This document shows, one piece after another, positions 1-44,909 of a DNA stretch of 64,000 nucleotides. The translations under genes and the position numbers were made by a program. How positions within the stretch are numbered: position 1 is the stretch's first letter; every line of letters begins with the position of its first letter. This DNA comes from Lingula anatina. Its lineage: Eukaryota; Animalia; Brachiopoda. The stretch covers positions 21,018,001 through 21,082,000 of the forward strand of contig CM120640.1 in NCBI GenBank assembly GCA_051362555.1, given 5' to 3'. Below the pieces are notes generated by a model, which saw only the letters and a program-made list of their open reading frames with translations, did no database searches and was not told the DNA's origin.

Positions 1-681
1 CGCATTATGGAACGACCCCGGATTATGGAACAAAACCGGAAGTTTGCCCTTTTTACCCAGCATGCAGAGCGTAAAAAATCCCCGTTGCCACGAAAGTTTC
101 AAGCGTCTGCTACAATGTATCAAACGCGCTATGCAGACGCATGTTACGACCTGAAAGTTCGTTGCTCTCAAATTTGATAAAATTAATAATGAACTTACGT
201 TTATTCAAGCAAGTTTTAAAGCCGTTTATCGTCCGCTTTCGTCTGCACGTGTTACTGTCAGTTTCCGATCTCGATTTCTAACCTTTTCATACTGACTACG
301 GGTAGATACATCGATCGCTGTGGACGTAAACACGGTCGTCTTTTACTGCTATAAGTATTGTAGCCTAACTTGTCTCATCCCTTAGCCTATTGTTTGTATT
401 TCTTGTTTTCGGCTTAATGAAACAATTTTAAAACATCCACTTTCAAGAGGTTGAAGTATTCCAAGATCTCATAAAAATGGCTTTGATGTTGGGCATAGCT
501 GTGGGTGCTTTCTGCTCACTGTAAACTGCCGCTAGAGGACGCTACGAGCGCTATTAGACTCAAGCGACTTGTGAAATAAATAAATTTGTTCTCACAAAAT
601 AACACTTAATGTTGACTTTTGTATTGACATTATGAGAGAAAAAATCGTTACTGACCTTTTTCATGCTCGATAAATTTCAGC

Positions 682-1247
682 ATGTCAAAGAGGAAATTAT
701 AGGCCCACTCTTATTCAATATCAGAGGCGGCACGTAGGCCTATAGGGCCTATTTGAGGTGCCAAAGACGATCATTTTAAATCATATTTCAGGTAGGCCTA
801 CACAAATGACACATGATTGATCTTTGTTGTGATGAAAAAAAATATTAGACTTATGAATCATTAAGGGCCTACTAGGTTTGCGCCTTTTCTGGGAGTTTTA
901 TCTTTAAAACTTCTTATTTCAACTATCTCTATCCAGTAGGCCTATCTTCTTCTTCTATTTTTCTTAATATACCACAGGTGCTCTCAAGGGAGGTGGTCAT
1001 GGGAAGTTGGCCCTCAGTCACTCTGATGAGGCAGCTCTAGTCCACTACTGCCTTATTATGAGTGACTGGGGGTTTCCCTCACCAAAGACTTGGAGTCTTC
1101 AAGTTTGCTCTGGCGGTGGGAAAACAAAGGGATAGGCCTATGGGCTTTTCAGCGTCTAACGGCTGGTGGGATCGGTTCATGAATCGACATCCCGAGTTGT
1201 CCCTTAGAAAACCGGGAAGGATAAATAGGTGCAATATAGTGAAATAA
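682..1247 (+). pseudogene. Degenerate spliced pogo-like transposase N-terminus (pipsqueak HTH + CENP-B/Tc5 HTH)
   Basis: ~712-791 reads YSISEAAR..FEVPKTIILNHISG (psq-type HTH) followed by a GT donor. After the acceptor at ~977 it reads ..LSHSDEAALVHYCLIMSDWGFP.. and FSASNGWWDRFMNRHPELSLRKP (CENP-B HTH). Stops and frameshifts are present. Confidence 0.75.
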
Positions 1248-1558
1248 AAAACATGCTAAATAAATGAAAAATAATGAGAAAATGAATTTTGTCTTCAAAT
1301 AAAGATTTGTTCTGACATCGGATAATAAGAAAGCATTATTTAAAAACTTGAAAGAAAGAAAGAAAGAAAAGAAGAGCTGTAGAAAAAATGAGAAAAGCCG
1401 AAGATGGCGCTAAGCGAAGAATGGAGAAAGAGGAGAAGAGAAGAGCGGGTGTGGAGAGGGAGAGGAAGAAGGCTGAGGTACGAGAGCGAAAGGCACAGAG
1501 GGCATTGGAGGTGAAACGTACGTAGAAAAGAAAAGAAGGAAGAAGAGAGAAAAAAGAA

Positions 1559-2058
1559 TTTTTACATTGCGTTGTTTGTAAAGCCTAGGTCCCAACCGAA
1601 CGTACGGGCTGCTACGTGTGGTCTACGGCCAAAAAAAATGGGAAAAATTTGGGGAGTTCGTGCGTGAGAACACATCCATCGTGCGACTTTTGGAAGACGC
1701 AAACAGCACATAGTAACTTTTCGACATGATCCACAGCCGCTACGTGCGATCTAGCTACGTCCTAGCCGGACGCAAGGAACTAAAAAACCGTGCGTGCAAA
1801 ACGTATTTGGGACCTAGACTTAACGCGCAAGAACATTTCACTTGCGCTTAAACCACTACATTTTTGGACGTTTTCCTGTGTTATATCTGCTGGAATTTAT
1901 CAACATTGGTTGAGTTCTTTTGTTTTATACATTTTTTAAAGATTTATATATATATATAGGACCTATATATATATATATTTTTTTTTTTTTTTACCGCAAA
2001 AGTACATGGGCCTACAAGTGATATGTTCTTGTGCGTTACAAACAACGCAACGTAAAAA
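1559..2058. repeat. 44-bp inverted repeat (small foldback/Helentron-like element) interrupted by a younger MITE
   Basis: 1559-1581 joined to 1824-1844 matches the reverse complement of 2015-2058 at 41/44 nt. Confidence 0.7.
1582..1820. mobile_element. PIF/Harbinger (Tourist-like) MITE, 239 bp
   Basis: TIRs AGCCTAGGTCCCA (1582-1594) and TGGGACCTAGACT (1808-1820) match at 12/13 nt. Flanked by TAA (1579-1581) and TAA (1821-1823), a 3-bp TSD typical of PIF/Harbinger. Confidence 0.8.
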
Positions 2059-3029
2059 TAAACATACATACGTACATAACACAAACGCACATTATTATTC
2101 CATATGGTGAACAGAGTTGCGAGACAGTATAATAATAGAATAAATTGCAGTGATTTCGTTTTATGGAGTTAAATGTTTAATGCATTTTATAAAGGTCAGC
2201 GATGTTAAAAAACTGAATACATTCATCTCTTTGTTAGGTCACAGCACTAGTCTGTTACATGAGTTCTCCGTCTTTTTTTTAAATTTTTTTATTTTTATTG
2301 TATTTGTCACACTTTCGATAAATTCTTTGTTGGTGGTGTGTGAGCTGTTAATGTTAATTGCTAGTTTTGTTATCATGGATTAAAGATTTTATTTTTAATC
2401 ATTACTGGTGTTGTTACCTGAAGGCTGGCCAAATGAATGATCGATGAGTTTTAAAATGAGAAATATCAATATTATTCTTTCATAATAATGAATACAGTAT
2501 TTTCAATTTTGCATTTTAAATGACCAGACTACTAAATATCGCTTCGATACTCCGACGTAGCGGCAACTTCTCGTTTTGTTCCATAATCCGAGCAGTGGTA
2601 AATGAGACTATTCCATATTTTAGCAATATTTGTGTTTAAAAGTAAAAGACCAACTAAATATGAACAACAACTGCTGTTATGTTCATTGATATTCGCAATT
2701 TAATGCGCATTTGCCGTTTTATTGTCTTTTATAGACCCCCTGCGCTACATATTGCCTTGCATCTTATCTAACAAACTCTGACGCAACGTTATCTGCGCAC
2801 TTCCGGTTTTGTTCCATAATCCGAGGTTTGAGAACAACACGAAGTTAACCATTATTTAAGCGTTTTTCTCCAAAAGTAACCCCAATCATTTGGATTAAGC
2901 TTTACAAGATAGTAAATAAAGCTCTATCGTAGCTACATGCAAAGTATTAGAGGTTAGTTTACGTTCATTTTTATACACAGACTGTGCAAAGCCGAAAAAC
3001 GTCAAATATCGTTCCATAATCCGGGGTCG

Positions 3030-3300
3030 AGACATAAAAAACTTTCTACAAAGAATATACAAAAACATGAATTCTATTAAGAAAGTAAATTAGATTAAAA
3101 AAAAAAAAAAAATTGTGGGCTACATCTGCATTTGGGTCCTTCCCAAAGTCTTAAAAGTGATTTAAACTCATTTGAATTGATGCTTTGTTTTAAGTCATTT
3201 GAGAGATCATTCCATATTTTTGGCCCAAGATATGATAAGGATTTTTTGCCATATGTCACTGCGTAAGAAACTTCAGCGAACTTTTTTTTCACCTTGAAAT
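3030..3300 (-). mobile_element. 3' fragment of an L2/CR1-group non-LTR retrotransposon ORF2
   Basis: Minus-strand peptide TYGKKSLSYLGPKIWNDLSNDLKQSINSNEFKSLLRLWEGPKCRC resembles the conserved C-terminal 'G..WN.L....K....F K' region of CR1/L2 ORF2. It abuts the right end of the pogo-like element. Confidence 0.6.
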
Positions 3301-4338
3301 AATAGATGTAACACTTCAGTACTATTGCAACGTTTAATGGCAGATATGGGAGTTTTTTTTTTTTACTTATTGAAAGTTTTTCCTCAGGAGGAGCAGATGG
3401 GGAATTCGAAGGGATAGGTGGCAGGTGCTCCCCCACCCCCTTTTGTTTCCAGTAGGGCAATGGTTCCAAAAAATGACAGCGAACCAAGCAATTTTCCATC
3501 TCTTCTCGCAGAAAATGATATCCAGCCAGGGGCATGGGGCATACCAGCACGTTTATAGATCTGTACAGTACATGTACAAGTCTAAAACGCGCTATAAGCC
3601 GTTTCCCCCATTTGTGGAAATTAAATTGATCTAAATTTGCAACCCATTTCAGTAGTATATACATGTGTTTTCCTTATAACGTTGCGCACCAGTCAGACCT
3701 GTCACGCGAATTAAGAAATTTAATAGAACGATATGGTACTAGTATGTCTACCTGAATAGATTGTTAGGAACTATCATTAAGATTTTCATCTAAATCATGT
3801 TAACAATTTAAAACGTTTGAATTTTGAATTCTTTGGTTTGAATAGGCTCTCGCTTTGAAATCCATTTACAGCCACCAATGGTTAACTCCATTAAAAAAAT
3901 TCATAGGCATTCATATAACTGAAAAAAGGCCATTTACCATTAATTGTTTCGGACATTTCTGTTCAGTACAAATATCATTTTGACTCAATTAACAGTGTAT
4001 TTCTTTCTTTTTATATTCATGCATTATTTAATATTTCTACAACTTTTTCTTTGATCTGCAATAAATGCCAGTAGTGGTAGATTTATCATGTTAAAATGAA
4101 CTAATCTAAGGTCTGTAGGCCTATCATAATTCTTTCGCCTCTTCACTTTTCAATCTTTGAAAAATGCACAATCAAGCTCGAATGCGGCTGCAATACAGTC
4201 ACTTTTCCCTGTTCGCTTCTAAAATCTACTGAGAAAATGTGATTTTTAGCAGTGTCAGTGACAAGATATTGCATTAGTTGCGACAAGTCGACGTCACACT
4301 GCACTGCACTGATCGCAGTGAGCAGGCGTGGTTGATTT

Positions 4339-4351
4339 CAAGATGGCCGAC
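4339..4351 (+). promoter_or_regulatory. YY1-like motif in the CpG-containing SLK promoter/5'UTR region
   Basis: CAAGATGGCCGAC ~260 bp upstream of the SLK ATG; YY1 core (AAGATGGC) is common near housekeeping TSSs. Motif match only. Confidence 0.3.
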
Positions 4352-4570
4352 GCAGGAAGCCAATGTTTTTCCATGCTGCAACGTATTTATTGACAACTCG
4401 GCCTTAGTTTAATACATTTGACTCTTACCCTTGCATAAGAAAGGGATTGCACAGATATAATACATCAGACGAACGTTTGAATTCTGTATCAATACCGTCC
4501 TCATGGCAAACGGGTAATCTACGACTTGCTCTGCACGACTGTGGACTTGTTGATGTTTTCATCGAAATAA

Positions 4571-36523
<31,953 letters not shown>

Positions 36524-37938
36524 TTTTATACAGCATATTTATTATTATTATTATCATTATTATCATTGCATATTATTCTCTGTACAGGCATAATGTTGAA
36601 CTGACTGAAATGCTGAAATAATCCAATCCACAAAGATGAAATTATGAATTTTGAGTTAACATGGATTTACATCTGCAGGAACAGAGACAGGGAGAGTTAC
36701 AACCCATGTATACAAAGGAATGTTATATTCAGAATGAACTGCAGATAATTATGAACCTCAAAGTTGTTCAAAATTTCATGATTAGTAAAAAAAAAAAATG
36801 GGTCACAAAAGCTGCAGGCCAATTCTTGCTGTAAACCCTACCAATGCCTTATTACAGAATGGCCAATATTCTGAATGACAACTCTATCATTTTGTGTGTT
36901 ATTGACATTGCATAAATCAGTGGAAAGAAATCCGTTTGTGAAACTTTTCTGGTTTCTGGAGTTATGATCACACATCATTTGTCTAAATTTCAAATTGATA
37001 TAAAAATGTCATGTTTTAAAATGCTTGAGGCAATGCATTTAATCACAAGGCAAGACATTATTGCATGTTAATTTAAATGGTATATCTACTTCCTGAACCT
37101 AAGAACAAGGGATGAATAGAAATAACTCCATTATCATTACCCATTTTTGCTTGTCACTGGGCTATATATTTATATATGTATATTGTCATGTTACCATGAC
37201 AATGCATTCTTGATTACAGGCACTGTTCTACTTCTATCAAGGTTTGATACATATCAAATTTGTTGCCAGGCAAGGAAAAGCATAATTTTTGTGAAAAGAC
37301 AATTTTTTTCTGGGTGTCACAGCAATAGATAATCAGGCTTTTGCTGCTTTCTGTACAAGCGATCTTCTCAAAGCTTTATTGGTTTCAACTATCTGAGATG
37401 TCTGCCTTTTTGAAAGTGGGGTCAGTAAGTGTGGCATATATTTGATAGTTTAGTTATTTCTTTTTTATAAAGATATGAAATTTTTCTCAGCTTGTCTGTG
37501 GAGTTAAACCAGACAAAATTGGTAAGTAAAAAGCAGCATAGCATGTTCAAGCCAACATGTTAAAACTACTTAAAAGATAAGTTTCATATTTTGGGCAAGG
37601 AATTAAGTACGTGTACATGTGGATACTTTGAATTCCTATAGAAGTGACTGAGCTTCAAATGTAACCCGTACAATGGCCAGGAGTCTGAAGTCAGAAGTCC
37701 AGAAACTTCAGCTGTGCTGGTGATTTACTAAATATTCAACTGACTGTGCACAAGGCAAAATACAACTAACAACTGTAACCAAGCACGATTTATGAAATTG
37801 TCTACATATATGATAATTATTATGAAGTAAACCAGCATTGCTGTATTGAATAATGTACAGATTATGTAAAAATCCATTGATATAATGATTAAACATTTTA
37901 AATATGTTACATATTGTGCTGAAATTCAGTTAATCTAA

Positions 37939-37944
37939 AATAAA
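37939..37944 (+). terminator. Candidate SLK polyadenylation signal
   Basis: AATAAA ~1.4 kb after the stop, followed by T/GT-rich sequence (TTGTGTTGTGTG). Confidence 0.45.
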
Positions 37945-38119
37945 AGCTTTGTTTTCTAAAAGAAAATTGTGTTGTGTGACAAACAAACCCAACTATCCAC
38001 TTCGAAACCACATGGACATATTTTAACGTATTCTAAACAAAATAATTAGATAATTGGTGGATTCGCCTGGTTAAGGTAATAAAACCTTTTTTTCTGCAAT
38101 GCACATCTCCATCAACACA

Positions 38120-38553
38120 AAAATGATAGCATTGAAATCCAACGTGTGGCCAGTCCTCTTGTATGTTTGTGAATGCTGGGATATCTCCAACAAAAATAAG
38201 AAGAAACTGGAAGACACCAAAATGTGTTGATTACATGTATTGTTAAGAATATCCTGGACAGTAAGAAAGGCCAATGAAGAAATGTTACAACTCACAGGAA
38301 TACAATACTCACTGATGAAAACAATGAAAAAAAGACATGAAGTCTCTAGGCCATACCATCAGTATAGACAGAATAGAAACACTTGTACTCTGTGGGGAAA
38401 ATTGAAGGAAGTAGTAGAGGAAGACAAAAAACGTCATACATTGATAATCTTAATGCATTTGTCCCAAGTCAACTGTACAACAAGGAGCTGAAAATAACTG
38501 GAGGACCGTGATAGTCGATGCCTACACCAGGCCTGACACTCGGTGATGATGAT
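38120..38553 (+). mobile_element. 3' fragment of an RTE-clade LINE
   Basis: Frameshifted peptides VWPVLLYVCECWDISNKNKKKLE, LRISWTVRKANEEML and GKIEGS.RGRQ match the conserved RTE ORF C-terminus; it ends in a (GAT)n tail at ~38545-38553. Confidence 0.75.
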
Positions 38554-39008
38554 CTGCAATGTACTATAGGTGTTGTTTTAAATCTATAAATGTTGCAAAT
38601 GTGTTTTTTTATATCAGCCCTATACAATTAAAACAGGACTGAAGTAAGACCAAAAAACAATAGGTAAGGATGCTTAACAAAAGTACAAATCCATTTTTTC
38701 ATTGAAAATATGCACATCCAGACTGAGCAACTGAAATGGATGAAATTGTAACTTTTCCAGCTGCCATATGCTACATATATTTATACATTCTAATGTCATT
38801 TTCGTCTATTACACTTACAGTGAATACAGTTACTTGCATATGAATGCTTTGTACAATTATATATAATTTACTGATCCCATATTACTATTATATCATTTAA
38901 AGTCTTTCAGAACTTGGTTTTAGACAAGCTGCAGGCGATATGTGATCTTCTTAAATCGGAAAACAATTAAAATCAATTCCGCTGAAAAAGAAACTTCACG
39001 CAGCTTTA

Positions 39009-42000
39009 TAGTCTAGTGAGATTTTTGAAAAAAGGCTCTGCATAAGAGGCAAGGGGCATTTTGGGGTAAAAGTTGGGAACCAGGCTTATTAGCATAATTT
39101 TGGGATGCTGAATCCGATTTACCCGGTTCCCAAGCGAAATTTTGCGTTTTTAACGGTCTAATTTGCAAAAAAACAAAATGGCCGCCAGATTTCCTATTTT
39201 CTGCAATACCTCTGGAACTAGACAGGCAAATATGACAAATGAAGTGTCTTTACCTATATTTTCAGGGTCGAGGAACATTATTAAGATGTTTCTGTTGGAA
39301 TTAGATTTACGCAATTTTCCTAAATATTCAAATTAGGATCGCCATTACTGAAAAACCGTTTTACTTCTGTATCTCTGTAGCTAGGCAAGCAAACATGACA
39401 AATGAAGTGTCTACACCTATGTTCTCAGGGTCAGGGAATGTGATAAATCAGATTTCTTGTCTGATGGGTAGCACTGACTATGTGAATCGTGTCCGAGTAG
39501 CATCTTTTATTGTTTCTTCCCTGTATCTGTCAAACACAAGTCAATCTGCTGATAGTTAGAACCTGCCTTCAGAACTGCTCTTACATACGTGTCAGCCAAA
39601 CTACCAAAGGTCACTGCATTGTCAGGCTTTCCCAGTGAAATTGTAAGTGCTTGCCAATCAATTATAAGGCAAGGTGAGCAGAGGCGGATCCAGGATTATT
39701 TGAAGGGGGAGTCCGCGGATGCAAAGCCCTCCCCCCCCCCCCCCCCCCCCCCCCCCCCCTTGGCAACGGGTTAGGGGCCTGTTGAAGGGCCACACAAAAT
39801 TTTGGTATTTAAGAGGGTGAACGGTGACATTTGGTATGGTTTACAACTATGATTCAGCTAGTCAAAATTATAATTTCAAGGGGGGACCAGAATTCGAAGG
39901 GGGGGGGGGGGGTCAGGGCCTGCCTTACGTAATATGTGGCAGTTTCTCTGAGCAGTCCTCTTTGGCTGGTTACAGAATGCGTATAAAAGGGCAGCAGTTC
40001 TGCAGAATAAGTCTCTATATTTCTATATGTCTCTATATTTTGCAGACTCTTAGCTGACCTTACGGTATGTGAACTAACGGCAGCAACTTGCCACACTATT
40101 GTTGCATTATGCCAGAATGGACAGAAGCAAACTGCTATTGCCAGACAGCTGAATGTGTCCCAGGGAGCAGTTTCTAACGTCTTACAGATACACGCCCAGA
40201 CTGGTGCATTAACACAGAGATCACGGCCAGGATGTCCTAAAGTCACCACCAGAAGGGAAGACCGCTTGCTTCTGCGGTTATGTTGCAACAACTGGACAAA
40301 GACAACTCTTGCTGTACAAAATGAGTGGCAAATTACCATTTAAAAGCATGTTTCTAGAACTCTAGTGAATGCAAGGTTACTTTTAGCTGGTTAACTCTAT
40401 GAACAGAGCAACATGGTGGGCTAGACGCCAATTGCGGTTCCAGGCACAGCAATGGGTTAATGTAGATTTTTACAGATGAGGCAGGGCTTGAGTTCCACCA
40501 CCGCGATGGCTGAATCAGAGTCAGTAGGTTTCCAGATGAGGATTGTGTCAAACTACAGTGACTTGTGGCCGTGGCAGTATCTGTGTACTGGCCGGTTTCC
40601 ACTCTGGAGCCAAAACACTATTGGTGGCAATTGACGGAAACCTCAACCAGATAAAATACAGGGACATTTTAGAGAATACTTGCTTGCAATTTGCAAGAAG
40701 ATACTTCCAGGACAACTTCATCCTGCAAGATGACAATGCCCGACCACACCATGCCCATGCAATAACTGCTTTTCTGCAAAACCAAGAGGTAAATTAGTTG
40801 CCTTGGCCGACGAAATTCCCCTGACATGAATTCTATAGAAAACCTGTGGGCATAAATCGCTAGCAGAATCAAGAGCTTACCCGTCCACGGTGGCACGGTC
40901 CACCCTACAAATCGGCACAAGCTTAAGCAAGCTCTGACTAATGCGTGTAACACAATATTGGATCATACTCTCAGAAACCTCTCTGCATGGAATGAGGGCT
41001 CTGGTTGCAGCTAGAAGAGGCTGCACGCGTTGTTATCAGTTTCCATTTTTCACATTTGTATTGATGATTCTTTTGTGTGAGAGAAAATCCTTACCAACTG
41101 ATATTCTTGATAATATCTAGTTCATAAGAATGTAATACCTCGTTATCAGCTATAAAATTATCCATGCGCTGTTTATAACGCTGATTTGAATATTAAATTA
41201 TTATTTAAATTAAATTTTTGATGATGTATTCACACGGGTTGATTTATTAAAGCCATATCGAACACGATAACAAGTGTTTTTTCATCCATTAATAATATAT
41301 GGGGAAAATTCAAAGAAAATATGTCTGAAAAAATTTCATTTTAAATGTGAAGTCTGTACATTGCATCACATGAATTACTTGGTTCAGCAAATCCCTCCAT
41401 TGCATTAATAAGGTAATCTTTTTTAAATCTAGGTAAAAGGGGCAGTTGTGTGATCCAATATGTTTACATCCCAATGGCAGCGCAGTATTTAACTGTAAAA
41501 TTAAATTCAGATTCGAATAATTGCTACAGTGTGACAGTGTAGCACTCATTGCTGATTTGATTATAGTGAAACTGTCTTAATCACTTTCCCTAACGCTGAA
41601 AACATGGGTGTGGGCACTTCATATGTCATGTTTACTTGCCTAGTTAACGTAAAAGCAGTTCTGAAGGCAGGTTCAAACTATCAGGAGATTGACTTGTGTT
41701 TGACAGATACAGGGAAGAAACAATAAAAGATGCTACTCGGACACGATTCACATAGTCAGTGCTACCCATAAGACAAGACATCGGATTTATCACATTCCCT
41801 GACCCTGAGAACATAGGTGTAGACACTTCATTTGTCATGTTTGCTTGCCTAGTTACAGAGATACAGAAGTAAAACAGTTTTTCAGTAATGGCGATCTTAA
41901 TTTGCATATTTAGGAAAATTACGTAAATCTAATTCTAACAGAAACATCTTAATAATGTTCCTCGACCCTGAAAATATAGGTAAAGACACTTCATTTGTCA

Positions 42001-42215
42001 TGTTCACCTGTCTAGTCCCAGAGATATTGCAGAAAATAGGAAATCTGGCGGCCATTTTGTTTTTTTGCAAATTAGACCGTTAAAAACGCAAAATTTCGCT
42101 TGGGAACCGGGTAAATCAGATTCAGCATCCCAAAATTATGCCAATAAGCCTGGTTCCCAACTTTTACCCCAAAATGCCCCTACTATTCATCTTTTGTGGA
42201 AATCCCACTAGACTA
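39009..42215. mobile_element. Academ-like non-autonomous DNA transposon with ~580-bp terminal inverted repeats
   Basis: Termini TAGTCTAGTG (39009) and CACTAGACTA (42215), with TTA on both sides (39006-39008, 42216-42218; 3-bp TSD). 39052-39587 is a highly similar reverse complement of ~41648-42181. TAG termini, long TIRs and a 3-bp TSD fit Academ. Confidence 0.75.
40071..41035 (+). pseudogene. Decayed Tc1-type (DD34E) transposase inside the Academ-like element
   Basis: IVALCQNGQKQTAIARQLNVSQGAVSNVL..RSRPGCPKVTTRREDR (paired-like HTH, GRPR-like motif), FTDE (~40469), FILQDDNARPH (~40717), WP..SPDMNSIENLW (~40804-40850) and ARRGCTR at the end. Several stops and frameshifts. Confidence 0.85.
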
Positions 42216-44909
42216 TTATTAAAAGCTTTATTAAAGCACTATTGCACCTTTAACAAAAGTTTGTTTAATATATTTTTATTTCATAATGCTTTTCTGCAAA
42301 TTATTAAACAGTACACTTTTTATTTACCTTAGTATGCTCGGGTTTTATCTCATTTCGCTATTTATACTGTTATGGGAATAGGAAAAGAAGGGGTAACCCC
42401 CAAAGGCGAGAGACGGGCACGTGCCCGCTTTGTCCCCCTTTCTCTCTGGATTCGCCATTGGATATCATTCCTGTTGTGTGGTGTGGTGTGTGTATATACT
42501 TAAAAGCTCTTCGTGTTATTATAAAAATTTAAGTAATATATCGATTTTCATAACTGTAACATGTACTCGGTGTCGTTTAATTGAAAAGGTGTAATGAACT
42601 GTTATAACTTTTTTTGTAGGAAACACGTCTTCGTCTTTTGCACATTATGGCGTCTTGAATAAGATGAAAAATTAAAACAGACAGATGTAACAAGCTATTA
42701 CTTTAATTCAATGCAATAATCTTCACTTCGCTTTATGTGTACTGTGTTTCGTGTTTCTGCTGTTCACGCACTAAATATAACAGCAAGCACTATACTGAGT
42801 GGATTACGAGCACGTGGTTGTGCTAGAGAAGACACAGTTTTGGCAAAAACCACAACACGCCTCGGAGGACGGAAGAACCGCTTTATAAACGCATTTTTCC
42901 AAAATAACATCACTAAAATGGAAAAGCATATAGATATTGTCACCCACGTGTGCATCTTGGATAGGGTAACACTGAAATACGGATTTAGATAGTTATGAAA
43001 ATAATCTTTATTTGCTTTTATATTTTATCTTACAAATTGGCGGTCATGTTGGATTCTGTAAAAAAGTTAAAAATTTTTGCGTTTTTTCAAGTTTCGACTG
43101 TGGAGCTATGTGGAAGCTATGAGAGTTGTAGGCCTAACTGAACAAGATGGTTTACCTTATGAAAAATGATAATTGGAAGGAAAGCAGTTTGTAACATCGA
43201 GCTCGAAACTACCAGTATAAGGTCTGAAGTCTTTATTCAAATTGAAAAGGAAAAAACCTATAATTGTTTAAAATGAACTCATGACCATGTCCTTGACCTA
43301 TGGCTTAATTCTCAGGAACAAAATCGTTTTCATCTAAATGAATGTTATAACATATAATGGTCAGTCACGTTTTGGTTTCCTGATGGGTTTCGGTTAAATT
43401 GAAACGCACTCTTTGATAAACATTGGCCACTGCCAATGACTCCAATCGCAACGATTCGTCAAGTATGGGCAGAGTACATCACTGGCACTTGCGTCCGAGA
43501 AATAAGTGATCGAGCAAGTAAAGCAAAGCCTCCTCTCGTCCAAGATGACGGTCTACAGGCATTAAACTGTATTAATAAGGAAAACCAGCCCAATATATAC
43601 AGTGAATTTCTTAATGTTAAAAATGGATCTTTGTTGGTCCTAGTGTCAAGGCTAGCAGTCCACTTCCTTGACTTGACAGCACTGCATATTTCATGCTTTC
43701 TGTTGGTTTTCTTGATTGACCTTTTCGTGCGGCCGGAACATTCACGTTTTCATAATGTACTATTAGGATGATCTCAGATGTCAATTAACTGGGAAAGTGA
43801 CACTTGGTCTAATGGAAAACCACATGTCTCCTCTTAGTTCTTTAAGCCCTACATGGTGTATGCCATTTAGATAAATATGTCAGGAAGAGAAGACAAAAAA
43901 AGAAAACAAAACTTCTGAATCATTTTTAGACAAAAACATTTTTGCGGAGAAATTACAATTAAAATCTGTTCGATTAAAATAAACTTGACATGTTCGGTTT
44001 ATTTTCTGCTCTGGCAAGAAGGGCCTAATAGTTTTACCAACAAAGTGAAATTCAAATTTCAAATAAGAGAATAAAATCTACCGCTGAAACAAAAATAAAG
44101 TTTGCTTGCATCTATAAACAGGAAATTCTCAAAAAGTTCATTCAGGAAGTGTTTTGATCTGAATTACAGCTCTACCCTCTTTTGTTTACTACAATTGGAT
44201 GTAATCCCAGATATTGGGCAAAAAATCAACGGCATGCGCCTGGAGCAAAAATGTAAATTTCATCCGGGGTTTCTGTGGTAAATCAAAATAAACATTGATA
44301 GAAAAATATTGTCCTTATAAGCGTAGAGGCAAAATTTTGCAATTCTACAGGGGAGTCTTAAGGACTATCAATCACAATAGAATTGCTTACCCCTATCCTT
44401 CATTAATGACGAAAAATAACTTTTCCATTTATGTGTGAAACTAGTCTGAATTAGTTTTAAATGCACGTAAGAGAAGGAGTCTGATGTTAATGAAAAAATC
44501 AACAAACATCAACCTGCAGCGGAGGCTTCAGTATGAGTTTGTTTACGCTGCGACACAGTGCGGAGAGGTGTCAGCGTGTGAATAACTTTAGCTAAGCGTT
44601 TGCCGCAAATATGAGCCGGAAGCCTGTGCGTCGCTATTGTTTTTGTGGAAATTCCTCTACTGCCTTGTGCCTGAATTTCTCTGGCTTACATTTCAGGACC
44701 CTGCTTTCAGTGCATACACGGCGACCTCTGCATATAAATCGACAAGTGGAACGCAGTAATAACACATACATCATACAAACACGGACACACGGATACTAAG
44801 TGCTACGCAGCCGAGGTCGGAAATCATTTCAAACACAACGCACATATAAAGAATTGCAGGAACATCGTGCTTGGGGATTTTTAGTTTGACTCATTTTTAT
44901 ACAATCGAC

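Larger units (their letters stand above)
1..3029 (+). mobile_element. Internally deleted pogo/Tigger-like (Tc1/mariner superfamily) DNA transposon; left end probably extends outside the window
   Basis: 13-31 CGACCCCGGATTATGGAAC is the exact reverse complement of 3011-3029. 19-43 is the exact reverse complement of 2799-2823, and a further GTTCCATAATCCG copy lies near 2578-2590 (repeated terminal binding motifs). The interior carries transposase DNA-binding remnants but no DDE domain was seen. Confidence 0.75.

Noticed and set aside
42735-43220. CpG-richer segment resembling a DNA-transposon end
   Set aside because: No matching inverted terminus or TSD was found, so no family or boundaries can be supported.
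44120-44880. kappaB-like and TATA-like motifs upstream of the protease (TGGAAATTCC ~44646, TATAAA ~44733 and ~44845)
   Set aside because: Short imperfect matches expected by chance in AT-rich DNA; they cannot be supported without TSS data.
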